The notes under the pieces were generated by a model, which saw only the letters and a program-made list of their open reading frames with translations, was not told the DNA's origin and did no database searches. A program made the translations under genes and the position numbers. A DNA stretch of 64,000 bases from Macrostomum lignano (lineage: Eukaryota): NCBI GenBank assembly GCA_002269645.1, contig NIVC01000012.1, forward strand, positions 1,054,001 to 1,118,000, read 5' to 3'. Below, piece by piece: positions 43,435 through 55,900 of the stretch (positions are counted from its first letter, which is position 1; each line of letters begins with the position of its first letter).

Positions 43435-45070
43435 TATGGCCTTACCTGAGGTTTCCATGGCTCTTTACCTGAGGTTTCCATGGCTCTTTACCTGAAGTTT
43501 CCATGGCCCTTTACCTGAGGTTTCCATGGCCCTTAACCTGAGGTTTCCATAGCTCTTTACCTGAGGTTTCCATGGCCCTTTACCTGAGGTTTCCATGGCC
43601 CTTTACCTGAGGTTTACGTGGCGCTTTACCTGAGGTTTTCATGGCTTTACCTGAAGTTTCCATGGCCCTTAACCTGAGGTTTCCATGGCTCTTTACCTGA
43701 GGTTTCCATGGCTCTTTACCTGAGGTTTCCATGGCCCTTTACCTGAGGTTTCCATGGCCCTTTACCTGAGGTTTACGTGGCGCTTTACCTGAGGTTTTCA
43801 TGGCTTTACCTGAAGTTTCCATGGCCCTTAACCTGAGGTTTCCATGGCCCTTTACCTGAGGTTTCCATGGCTCTTTACCTGAGGTTTCCATGGCCCTTTA
43901 CCTGAGGTTTCCATGGCCCTTTACCTGAGGTTTCCATGGCCCTTTACCTGAGGTTTACGTGGCCCTTTACCTGAGGTTTCCATGGCCCTTTACCTGAGGT
44001 TTCCATGGCCCTTTACCTGAGGTTTCTATGGCCCTTTACCTGAGGTTTCCATGGCTCTTTACCTGATGTTTCCATGACTTTGACTGAAGTTTCCATAGCT
44101 TAACCTGAGATTTCCAAGGCGCTTTGCCTGAGGTTTCCATGGAGCTATACCTGAGCGTTGCACAGCGCTAGCTGATTTCATAGAACATTACACGCCTAAA
44201 CTGTACGCAAGCACGCGCTCACACAGGGTGTACACAACGGCCCTGAATTTTCTAATCGTCGGGCATGTACAGTCTGTGCCTGAGGGGGGGGTCGGCTTTC
44301 ATGGCAGCGAATCGCACGACAGCCCACTGGCTAATTTTCGCGCACACAAGCGTACCAGGGAAAATTCTTCAAAGGAATGAAACATGTCCATAATTTTTAT
44401 CGGAATAAGGCCGATTGTGAATAGGGCCTCAGGTAAAGGGCCATGGAAACCTCAGGTAAAGGTCTATAGAAACCTCAGGTAAAGCCATGAATACCTCAGG
44501 TAAAGCCATGGAAACCTCAGGTAAAGGTCTATAGAAACCTCAGGTAAAGCCATGAATACCTCAGGTAAAGGTCTATAGAAACCTCAGGTAAAGCCATGGA
44601 AACCTCAGGTAAAGGTCTATAGAAACCTCAGGTAAAGCCATGGAAACCTCAGGTAAAGGTCTATAGAAACCTCAGGTAAAGCCATGGAAGCCTCAGGTAA
44701 AGGTCTATAGAAACCTCAGGTAAAGCCATGAATACCTCAGGTAAAGCCATGGAAAACTCAGGTAAAGGTCTATAGAAACCTCAGGTAAAGCCATGAATAC
44801 CTCAGGTAAAGGTCTATAGAAACCTCAGGTAAAGCCATGGAAGCCTCAGGTAAAGGTCTATAGAAACCTCAGGTAAAGCCATGGAAACCTCAGGTAAAGG
44901 TCTATAGAAACCTCAGGTAAAGCCATGAATACCTCAGGTAAATCTCTATAGAAACCTCAAGTAAAGAGCCATGAAAACCTCAGGTAAAGGTCTATAGAAA
45001 CCTCAGGTAAAGGTCTATAGAAACCTCAGGTAAAGCCATGGAAACCTCAGGTAAAGCCATGGAAACCTCA
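43435..45070. repeat. Two oppositely oriented arrays of one 21-23-bp motif (43435-44150 CTGAGGTTTCCATGGCCCTTTAC; 44425-45070 GTAAAGCCATGGAAACCTCAG) around a ~270-bp spacer
   Basis: Right-array units are reverse complements of left-array units; spacer has a diverged SINE-like body (~44200-44300). Confidence 0.9.
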
Positions 45071-45583
45071 ATGGAAAGCAATGGAATATCCATGGAGGAC
45101 TAGCTGAATTTCCCAGAGTAAAGTGTTGAGAAGTGTCAACAACAAGGGCAGGCGGAGTAGCATTCCACCCACTCTGGAATAGTGCGCGGTGTTCAGTGCT
45201 CAGTGCTTTAGAAACTCAATTGCATTTAATTCTGAAAGTTCTTATTGAACTTTACTGTGCACGCGAGCAAGTCAAATAGACCACACTGAATTGAATACAA
45301 TTGCATGCAGAAAACTCTTGAGAGTTGCCTGTTTGACTGATAGCTGTCATCAAACAAACAAATTCTGCATCATATTCATAGGCATGCAAGACTGCAGTCT
45401 CTGCTCCGCTCTTCTCACGGAAAAGCAGAAAAGTCAAACAACGTCGCTCCTTGGACCGGAAACACGTGCCAATCCGAAGCGCATAAATTCGCAACTACTG
45501 TCCAGCTACTCAAGAATTCAATTTCAAATTCGACTTAATCTACACACAGATCCAAGACTCGACTCGACTGGACTCAAACAATC

Positions 45584-45772
45584 ATGAAGTGGCAGCTCGC
45601 TCTCGGACTTTTGCTGTGCGCCGCCCTGGTCGTCGCCGTCCCCACCCAGGAGGAGAAGGCCATGGCCGAACGTGTGCTGGAGGAGACTCTGTCCAACATT
45701 GACGAGTCCAGCATGTCACTGGACCTGAAGAAGAAGATCTTCAGGGTTAGGGCCAGGATCCATATTGGTTAG
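45584..45772 (+). CDS. Small secreted prepro-peptide (62 aa): signal peptide, acidic propiece, cationic C-terminal peptide KKKIFRVRARIHI-G
   Basis: GC-rich coding-like ORF; only synonymous substitutions and an in-frame indel versus its inverted copy. Confidence 0.8.
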   Translation: MKWQLALGLLLCAALVVAVPTQEEKAMAERVLEETLSNIDESSMSLDLKKKIFRVRARIHIG

Positions 45773-47267
45773 ATCTGAGACTGGCAACTGACCGGACTCT
45801 GAACTCTGACTGTAAACCGCCCAAATCTCAATGTAGAGGGTCTTCTTGCATATCTATTTGCCGATTCAGTTTTGCCAAATATATCAGCAGCAAAACATTG
45901 TTTCAGCAACCCATTGTACGCTTCGTCTTGTTTTCCTTTATGAAACATTAAAAATTAAAACATTGACACATATTTTATTCAGCAAATCATATGGAGATAC
46001 GAGCGTAGCAGAAATCGGCATGGCTAATAAACTGTTTAGTATACATCCATATCTACAAATTCAGACCTGAATGGATAGATGGATAGATCAATCGAAAGGA
46101 TCGAATTACACCAGTGTACATCATCATGTACAGTATAGTCTCAGAGAGGGGAAATACATTTGCACCGGTGTATGCAGTTGATCAACTTTCGATTGATTTT
46201 AGGGACTAAAATTTGAATAGCAATCCAGAAGTATGCAACTGCATATAGATAAAAATAGACTTGATTGATCATAGAATCTCACCTGAACGTTCCCATCTCC
46301 GCGTCGATATTTATTACTTAAAGTAATACATGTATAACGTCACGTCCGTTGGCATGTGTGAGGTTGACAAAAGGAGAAAGATTTGGGCAGGGACTGCTCA
46401 ATACTAAGGACAGAAAACTGGCGACTCAAGCGAAAAAGTCTTGGAGATCAACTCTACGTATAAGTCTTCTTTGATATCTCTAGCTTATTTACATGTAGGA
46501 GCTTGCCTGCAGTTTCATCTCCTGGAGTCAGATTTTCACAAAACTGCTACACACCAGAAATCGAGTGGAAATGCTTGTAATCCTGAAATTAAAATATGGC
46601 CACAAAATGCCGCTAAAGTCATACCGTTAGCTATACGTACAATATACAATATACTTTAGCTATATGTAAAAAGTTTGAAGGCGTTCAATAAATAGCAGAA
46701 AGTGAAGTATATAACATCTGTATGGAACAGCTAGCATCTGTATGAATCAGATGACGGGACTGATCACTGTGAAACGGCTCCGCCCGTCTCAAGAACCACG
46801 ACACCTCTTGCTGGCAGGCGTTGCCGATGATTTTCGTCTATGAGCAACAAAAAAGAAGCTGCGCATGGAATCGAAGCTCATATTTTAGGTTCTCGTAGTT
46901 CGATGCGAATCAGATGCGTCTCCCGCTGAGCTGCCTCAGCGTTGTAGGCGGGTGCGAATTAATGCACTGTAAAATATTATACGTACAATTTACCAGTCCA
47001 GTTTGCGAAAAAAAATTGACAGACGGCAGATTGTTGAATTTCTTCCTTTGAATCATTTGATTCAAAATTCTTCCTTTCTTCATTCTGAAGAGTTATTCAC
47101 AACATTCAGTCCGGTATTCCAGAAAAAAACAAGACAAAGGTATATTGTTTTGCTGCTGATATATTTGGCAAAACTGATCGGTAGATATTAGAATTTAAAC
47201 CCTCTACATTGAGATTTGGGCGGTTTACAGTCAGAGTTCAGAGTCCGGTCAGTTGCCAGTCTTAGAT

Positions 47268-47468
47268 CTAACCAATATGGATCCTGGCCCTAACCCTGAA
47301 GATCTTCTTCTTCAGGTCCAGTGCCTTCTCCTCCGACATGCTGGACTCGTCAATGTTGGACAGAGTCTCCTCCAGCACGCGTTCGGCCATGGCCTTCTCC
47401 TCCTGGGTGGGCACAGCGACGACCAGGGCGGCGCACAGCAAAAGTCCGAGAGCGAGCTGCCACTTCAT
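47268..47468 (-). CDS. Small secreted prepro-peptide (66 aa), inverted copy with a second EEKA motif
   Basis: Identical protein except a 4-aa indel. Confidence 0.8.
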   Translation of the reverse strand: MKWQLALGLLLCAALVVAVPTQEEKAMAERVLEETLSNIDESSMSEEKALDLKKKIFRVRARIHIG

Positions 47469-48383
47469 GATTGTTTGAGTCCAGTCGAGTCGAGTCTTGG
47501 ATCTGTGTGTAGATTAAGTCGAATTTGAAATTGAATTCTTGAGTAGCTGGTAGTTGCGAATTTATGCGCTTCGGATTGGCACGTGTTTCCGGTCCAAGGA
47601 GCGACGTTGTTTGACTTTTCTGCTTTTACGCGAGAAGAGCGGAGCAGAGACTGCAGTCTTGCATGCCTATGAATATGATGCAGAATTTGTTTGTTTGATG
47701 ACAGCTATCAGTCAAACAGGCAACTCTCAAGAGTTTTCTCCGCGTTTTCTATTTTACTCTTTCTTGCATACACAGTAAAGTTTAACAAGATCTTTCAGAA
47801 TTAAATGCAATTGAGTTTCTAAAGCACTGAGCACTGAACACGGTGCACTATTAGAGACTCGCTGGAATGCTACTCCGCCAGTTCTCTTTGTTGACACGTC
47901 TTAGACACTTTGCTCCGGAAAATTCCCTAAGAACTACAGAGATCTCGGACTCCTTGAAGACGAAGCAACATTGGGTCTCAGTCGGTAGTAATCTCTTGTG
48001 GGATGCCTCAGTTCCTGTACACAAACAATAAACTTGCAGTTTTGTAGAGCAACTCACGTGCAACTCCCTCAAACAGGTCGCTGTGCGGCTCTGTTCTCGG
48101 TTCCTTCCGATCGGCAACTTGGTCTGGTCAGCATGCACTATCCAATGCGGTTTGAAGCTCTTTTCGCTGATGTCAAAATCTTCTGTATGCAGAGCAGCCG
48201 TCGACGAACTTCCCGATATAGCCGACTTTCACTCTTTGCTTCCAGTACTTCAATTTCTTAACTTCACGGAGTCTGATAATTCCACGTTCAGTATTCACTC
48301 AGTTGAGAGTGCGGTCAGCCGAGATTTTTTTCAATTGAATCACAAAGACAACGCCAAATCGATTTTAGATAAAGCACATATAA

Positions 48384-48510
48384 ACCGAGCTTAACCCTGA
48401 GCCACTTCTTAGTGTTGTTGACGTCATTCTCCGACACATTGGGCTCGTCCAGATTGGAGTTGGACAGATCGAGTCTCCTCCAGCATACGTTCGCCTATGG
48501 CCTTCTCTTC
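48384..48510 (-). pseudogene. 5'-truncated, frameshifted paralogue of the prepro-peptide gene
   Basis: EEKAIGERMLEET, then 4-nt insertion (CGAT), then LSNSNLDEPNVSENDVNNTKKWLRVKLG; signal-peptide part absent, Gypsy remnant begins immediately upstream. Confidence 0.7.
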
Positions 48511-48539
48511 CGACGGCTGCTTATTTTCTAAATAAACCC

Positions 48540-50900
48540 CGACAGTGTCGCAGACCAGCGATGAGTATTCAAAAGCAGTAGTACGTTCTCTCTCTTGCAA
48601 CGGTGTGCCGCAACCTGCTGCTGCACCTGCTCTTCTTCGAGGGGCAGCAGATCGCCAGGGCTCGAAATGCATCGAATGTGAACGTGATGTGAACAGGAGC
48701 GACAGCAGTTGCCTGGAGAGGACGCAGTCACCTTAGTCACTTTGTCACTGCAAGAGCCATCAGCCACCTGCAACTATGGAGCTCTGAGTGACGAGTTGAT
48801 TCGCGACCAGCTGGCACAGAAGACCAGCAGCCCTCGGATTCGCGAGAGTCTACTGACGGAGGACGCTGCCAGGTTGACTTTGGACTAGCTAGGCCATTGT
48901 GATCGCGACTGCTATTAGGGAGGCAGCGGCTGGCAGCAATGCGATGGCGGCTGTCCGCTCATCGGGCAACGTCCAGGCTGTGCATGATGCTGGGCCCCGA
49001 GGCCACCGCCGCGCTCTGGCTAGAAAGAAGCCACAGAAGTGACAGCATCAATTGCCGCCGGCCCCTGTCAGCGATGCAGCCGGAGTCACGACCCCCGCGG
49101 CGGCATGACAAAAGTGAAAAAACTGCGGCAAGCTCAATCATTTCAGTTGATGTTGCCGCAGCAAGGCTCTGCAGTTGCGGCGCGGAGGAGTCAGTTACAA
49201 TCTACTCGGTGCATGGCAACGACGAGATCCGAGTCGAGCTGCGACTGGGCAATGCTCGAAAGATCGATAGCCTGGTGGTCGACTGCGGTGCTCAGGTGGT
49301 CAGCTGCTCAACATCGTCACGGCAAAGAGCCTTAGCGACCTTCAACTGAGACCTTTGGCGGTGCATCTACGATCGTACGTCGGCAAGCAGATGACATCCA
49401 GCACCGGAGTTGGCAGCTGCAACACGTCTTCCAAATCACGAGATCGGGCGAGAGCATCATCGGCCGCGACCTGGTGGAAAAGCTGGGCAGCTTCCAGGTG
49501 CCGACACCGGGATTGCCAGTGTCGATATCGCAAAGGAATTCTTAGCGGTCTTCAACGGCTCAATCGAGCTGTGCAAAGGAGCAGTAAACCAGCTGAGGAT
49601 CAACACGGCGGTGCCGCAAAGTACAGCAGCCGCTGTGCCACCTGCCTCTAGCAAAGCAGCAACAGATCGGCGAGGAGCTGGATCAGCTGGAGGCAGCGGG
49701 CATCATCGAGCGAGTGAACTCCAGCCCCTGGATTTCCAACCTGGTGGTCGCCAACAAGAAGAACGGCAACTTCGAGTCTGCATCGATGTGCACAAGTCGC
49801 TCGTCATTGACCAGCACGGGATGCCTCCGTTGGGCGAGATCTCGACGAATATCGGCGGCCTTCTCCAAGATCGACCTCATGGCGGGCTACAGGCAAATGC
49901 GGCTGCACGAGTCATCACGCGACTCATAATGTACCTTGCAGGGCCTGTACCGACACCGCCAGGTGCCGTTGGTCAAGCGTGAGCGCCTGCGGCCTTCCGG
50001 AGGAGTGGACGGACATTTCGTCAAAAACTTTTCGTCAAAGAAGATTCGTGCGTGATTTTAAAGTAAAATTGAATCAAATTTACTTCTAAAATAGGTCAGA
50101 ATCGAAAGGAGATTTCACTTGTTGTGTTTAAAGTTAATTGCTTCTAGGAAATCACTTTAATAGTCAAGTTGAGTATTCCTTGATTCGAATACTAATGGGA
50201 ACCGTGTTAAATAGATTGTTTTGATCATCTGCAGATTACATATATAATATTCATTATAAATTAATTATGCTTTTTCCTTTTAATTTTACACTTCCCGTTT
50301 AGTTCTTAATTTTTTATTTTGACGTTATAAGTATGTGGGTTTTCTTAAAAACACTTCGCTTGAGCGACAAGTAAAGTTCCTTTTCGTAGGCTTATTTCAG
50401 CAAGGCATCAAAGTAAGTAATCTCGATTTTTTCTTTCATTTTAAATTACCAAATGACAGATTGACGAAATTTTCTGGAACCTACAGAGAGGATGCTGGAC
50501 GACCTGGTAGTATCCTGCCCGGAATGGAGCACTTCTTGGATGACATCATTGTTCACCGAGCAACGGAGACCGAGCACCGACTCAAGTCTCTGCTGAAGCG
50601 ACTGGAGGAAGAAGGAGCTGCAGGCGTTCCTGGGGATCGGCCAACTTCCTCGTGCCCAAACCCAAATTTGCCTCTGATCGACATCTGCTCAAGAGCGACG
50701 CCGAGTTCGAGTGGACGAGTGGACAACCGAATGCGAGCGAGCTTTCCGGGGGTTGAAGGCTGCAATCTGCAATCCATCGGTATTGACACACTTTAACCCG
50801 AGCGTGGACACGAACGTCACCAGCGACGCCAGTGAGGAAGTCTCTCGGGGTGCACAGCTGTTCCAGATCCAACAGCTGGTGACCGCAATCAGGGGGGATG
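48540..50900 (+). mobile_element. Decayed Ty3/Gypsy LTR-retrotransposon internal region (gag, protease, RT, start of RNase H); AT-rich insertion at ~50020-50470
   Basis: CNYGALSDELIRDQL (gag), LVVDCGAQV (protease), SPWISNLVVANKKNG, KIDLMAGYRQ, FLDDIIV (RT), WTTECERAF..LTHFNP..VTSDAS; many frameshifts; no LTRs seen. Confidence 0.88.
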
Positions 50901-51539
50901 TTGTGTAGTATCTAAAATATTAAATTAGTTAAACAGTACATGTATTGACATATTTTTATAAATTATTTTTAGCGTGTTTTCCTAATATTTCTACTGTCAG
51001 TAGATTATATCAAATAAAAGTTCCGTATAATTTAGACCAGAGAATATACACAGAATGGCGAATCCCGCAATTTGAGAAAATTTCTTGCACAAGAATGATA
51101 TTCTATACTTGGCTACTCTTGTTGTGAAGAAAAACTAAGGAGGCTGAATGGCACTTTACCAATTCTCTGCCATTTATTGCGGGTTTGTCCCACAGAATAT
51201 AGGAAGGCTTGATAGAACCAACCCACCCCCCTTCTGAACTGTGATTTTTAGAAACTACCTTAAGGCTGGCCCTGCCTTCTGCTGCGCTTTAAGTTAGTGC
51301 TATAGACAGCATGCCTTGGGCGTTCTAGCACAAGCTCGCGTGGCGTGAAAGCATGCCAAATGTATTCAAATGTAGGTCAAATGCATTATTGATCGCGCTA
51401 GCCTGTCTGCTGTATTGCATTCTCTATGGCCCAAGCTGGTGCTGCTGAAGCTAGGTTTGGCTTCAAAAGTGATAATACCGAAGGCATATCTGCTAGAGTT
51501 TGAATACGCAGCTTATTGTGATACTGTTTTCGCATGACT

Positions 51540-52080
51540 GCGTCTGCTTCGAGGCTTCAGTGCGCTAGCTGCATACGGATGCCCCAACTACGCCGGGCAA
51601 GATTTCACCGGTTTTCAGCAGCCAGAGAGCATCCAAGGCTGCAGTGAGCCAAGAATTGCTCCAGATCCAGTCCACATGCAGGGCAACACTTGTGACTCAG
51701 ATCTCACGGAAGCAGGTGATGAGCTCTTTGCTACATCGGATGATTTAGATCACGAGAAGTGCGCATATGTCGGCGGTTGGTTGCTGTTCCGCTTCTTTAA
51801 AACCGAGTGCAAGTGTGAGGTGTGCCAGCAGGAACTGAAGAGAAACCCAGTGGAAAAGGGTACGTTGATCCAACGGAGTTCCAACGGACACACTTCCTGG
51901 AAGTTCCTGCGACTGAAGTGCAAGCGGGATGACAGCTTAGTCACCCCAAGCAGAGCAGTTACCAGAGCTGTCACTGAGAGATGGAACGCCAATTCAAATT
52001 GCTGGAAGTGGCAGAGCTCATGCATGCTGGTGTGTCACACAGAATCAGCAAATTACGAGTATTGGCTCACATTTGAATGA
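51540..52080 (+). pseudogene. P-element/THAP9-like transposase C-terminal remnant
   Basis: AYVGGWLLFRF..CKCEVCQQEL...SLVTPSRAV resembles the YIAGY..C..C...L..PS C-terminal region of P transposases. Confidence 0.65.
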
Positions 52081-52254
52081 CTATCTATTCTTGTCTAAGC
52101 TGTCACCAAAGATAGCGCAGAATATCATGAATGATCAAATGATTGGATATATCACTTAGTATAGCTAGCAGCGAATCAAATCTCAGGTATATCTAAAACC
52201 TAAGGACTCTCGGGTTCTTGTATATATCGCGCCACGGAAACACAATTCGTTTGG

Positions 52255-52930
52255 CCCCATATAAACCTCAGGTATAATCCCATATAAACCTTAGGTATAA
52301 TCCCATATAAACCTTAGGTGTAATCCCATATAAACCTCAGGTAAAGCCATGGAAACCTCATGCAGGTGAAGCGCCATGAAAACCTCATGCAGGTGAAGCG
52401 CCATGGAAACCTCATGCAGGTGAAGCGCCATGGAAACCTCATGCAGGTGAAGCGCCATGAAAACCTCATGCAGGTGAAGCGCCATGGAAACCTCATGCAG
52501 GTGAAGCGCCATGGAAACCTCATGCAGGTGAAGCGCCATGAAAACCTCATGCAGGTGAAGCGCCATGAAAACCTCATGCAGGTGAAGCGCCATGGAAACC
52601 TCATGCAGGTGAAGCGCCATGGAAACCTCATGCAGGTGAAGCGCCATGAAAACCTCATGCAGGTGAAGCGCCATGAAAACCTCATGCAGGTGAAGCGCCA
52701 TGGAAACCTCATGCAGGTGAAGCGCCATGAAAACCTCATGCAGGTGAAGCGCCATGGAAACCTCATGCAGGTGAAGCGCCATGGAAACCTCATGCAGGTG
52801 AAGCGCCATGAAAACCTCATGCAGGTGAAGCGCCATGAAAACCTCATGCAGGTGAAGCGCCATCATGGAAACCTCAAGTGAAGCGCCATGAAAACCCCAG
52901 GTGAAGCGCCATAGAAACCTCAGATGAAGC
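52255..52930. repeat. 27-bp minisatellite (ATGGAAACCTCATGCAGGTGAAGCGCC)n preceded by CCCATATAAACCTCAGGT units
   Basis: About 20 units; starts from an exact copy of the 44-kb motif AAACCTCAGGTAAAGCCATGGAAACCTCA. Confidence 0.93.
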
Positions 52931-55900
52931 CATGATCAAATTAACTTGAGTATATTGCAGTTGCAGTTGAGAAGAAAGTAGGTGAGCTATATAGAGCACT
53001 CCAATATATTTATCGTTATATAAACTGACCAATCAGTAAATTAAAACACAGAATAAAACAAAATACCTAAATCACAGAATATACACAGAATGGCGAATCG
53101 GCACAGTTCTCTATGAAAGCGAAAATAAATGCGCTTGCACTACTATAACGTTGTGAAGCTGATAAGTAGCTGCGATTTTTAAAACGCAAAGTTGAATGTA
53201 AAAGTTGAGCTCAAGACAGCCTTTGAAAGCTCTCTGAATCATCGTTTTGACGCTGCAGATGAATGCTGCGCTATCATTGTAATTAATTTGTTCAAACGGT
53301 GCGTGCGCAAAGTCATGAGAAGTAGTAAGAACTGTTATAACCTCATTGCCATGTATATGTAAGCTAAAAAACAAAAGTAACAATAACAAACATATAACAA
53401 AAGGTTTAAGTTTTAGCGCTGCACGCAATTTAGGGAAATGCCTGACGCAACAGAAATAGCAAATTTCATGCAATCACACTCATCCTCTTGAACTTCCTCG
53501 ATTGCTCATTGCAAAATGCTCGCCCGCGCTTTCTCTCCTGAGCCGCAATCCTCCGCCCATTGCACCAATGGTGCAAGCGCAGCTTAGAGAACAGCCTCGC
53601 AATGCCCATGGCGACGCGTCGGCCGTTCAGGGATTAGCGGAATGGCGTCCATTAGGCGCCCAAAAATTTTATTAAATTATAGTAAAAATTATATGCCACA
53701 GTCTATTTCAAGATTAAACAGATAGCATCTCGTAAAAACCGATACCAACTTGATCTTAGAAAAATTAGAATGGTGAAAATTCGCGACTGAATAACGACAG
53801 GCGCGCATTTTGATTTTTGTTGTTGTGTAAAACAAAATGCAAACACAAATATTCTTGCGTTTAGGCATTTTTTACAATATTTAATTAAGGGCTTCAGGTA
53901 TTATTTTTTTAAAAATTAGCCTGATATAAAAATGCAGCATTGTACAGAATTAAGGCATGAAGTGCCATGAACACTGCCTGCCTGCCTGCCTGCCTGCATG
54001 CCTGACCTCGAGCGGCAATAAGCCATTCGCCAAGCCCAAGGTCGTGTGAAGAATGGCTGCCTAACATTGCTGAACATCTAGCCGATCGATCGACTGCGTG
54101 GACACTTCTATCTTAATATTTTATTTGCTAGGCGGCCTAGGCCTATGCGATTATTTTATTCACGACGGCGCTAGATCTCACCCAGTCACCCATGCGCCTG
54201 TCAGTCTAGGCCTGCTATTTCTATCCGCCATATTGTTAACTTACGTCTTAGGGCCTACTCTCTACTTTTAACACTTAGTCTCCACTTTCCTCGCCTTTCA
54301 AGGCTACAGTTACAGGTAAAAAAAGCGATAGATAAAAAATCGAGATACCGACACTTAAAATTTTGCTTGGAGCTAGGACCTAGGTCCTAGGTACATTTTG
54401 TATTAATTTGACTGCAATAAATTCAACACTGAACATGACTTAATGTACAATACAATGTATACATACTATATGTGGTAAAAAACGCCAACTCCTATTATAT
54501 ATATGTAGACATGTCAATTAAATGACATACAACACAAATGATATAGGCCTACTACAATAGTACAAGCTGCTGCAGTACCTTAACAAACATACAATACATA
54601 CATGTACAAGCTTATATGAATAGATAGGCCTAGGCCTAGGCCTAGTACAAGCTCCATAGTCAAGAAGGTGGCATGTGCCGAATGTATGCCAAATTTGTAT
54701 GTGCTATTTTTTAATACCAAGTGTAGGCCGATATCTGTGTACACTGTGCGCCTGATATGCCAAGAAATGCATGGCGTGTTCTATATCCAAATATACTAAA
54801 TCTTAGGCATACGCACAGGTTTGTATGTTTGAATGAATGTCCATAATCATCCAACTATACTTAATCTCTAATTCTATGACTATACTGACCTTGTAACCCT
54901 AATAAGATTACTGGTTATTATATGTAATGTATATGACCTAGCTCTAAGCAACATTTTAAATATTGGAAGATATGTTGGCAAAAGTCAATTGTATAACACT
55001 TTTTCAAACACTTTTTGCAACATTTTAAGTGTCATAAAAAGTGTTGGAAGATGTGTCTAAAAATGTATTAGGCCTAGTAAAGTTATATAGGGCCTAGGTT
55101 GCTAAGTTTGATAGTGACAATTGAAATGAGATCCAGTCATCTAGTCTAGGTATATTTTAGTTTAAGTAGGCCTAGGCCTAATTAGGCTCAGAATTCTGGT
55201 TTTTGTTATTATTTGAGGGTTTTAGAATTATTTTATTGGTGCCAGTTGTTTTGTTTACTAAAAGTTTATCTGCTTAGCAGATAAAAACTTTTCTATTTCT
55301 AAAACTGTTTGTCTACTAGGAAATAAAAGTAGGAATGCAGAGTGAGATGGTAGCTGCCCAATAATCTCTTTGTTGATATTGATAAATGTTGTAAGGGTTG
55401 GTCTCTTTGAATAGGCCTAGGCCTATGACAATGTAGTCTATACTAGTTTATAGGCCTAGACATTCTATTAGTGTGAAAAGTTTTAGAAAGGGAGACCTAG
55501 TATCTAACAACTTTAAATTTGAAATGATATAGAATATAGATGTCTTGCATCCAAGAATTGTTGAATAAGAAAACAGTTTGTTTACATTTTTATATTTAAA
55601 TTTTAAAAAAGTTTTAGTTCTATTGGTTTTTAATCAAGCTTAGGCCTTAGGGCCTATTATTTTTTATAGTAATATATATAATATGTATATTATATAATAG
55701 TTTGTTAAAATGATGGAGTCCATATTAAAACAATAGCAAATTAAAATTAAAAGAGAAGTATTAAGCAAGATATGATTATAGCCTAATTATAAGAAAAAAA
55801 CTTGAATTTGTAAATAGGCTATTGAGCTAACATAAAATAAGCTACAATTGGAAGTAGGCTTAGGCCTATGTCTAAACATTACTTTTTGTTAGCTTAAAAC

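Larger units (their letters stand above)
45151..47879. repeat. Inverted duplication, arms ~45151-45935 and ~47125-47879, ~1.2-kb spacer
   Basis: Outer ends GGCGGAGTAGCATTCCA / TGGAATGCTACTCCGCC; arms align through upstream region, CDS and 3' flank. Confidence 0.93.

Noticed and set aside
52291-52881. MQVKRHGNL / MALHLHEVF repeat ORFs
   Set aside because: 27-bp minisatellite open on both strands, related to the non-coding 43-45-kb arrays
53111-53620. Minus-strand ORF fragments as a gene
   Set aside because: No recognisable domain or consistent splice structure; lies inward of a P-type end and is probably TE-derived
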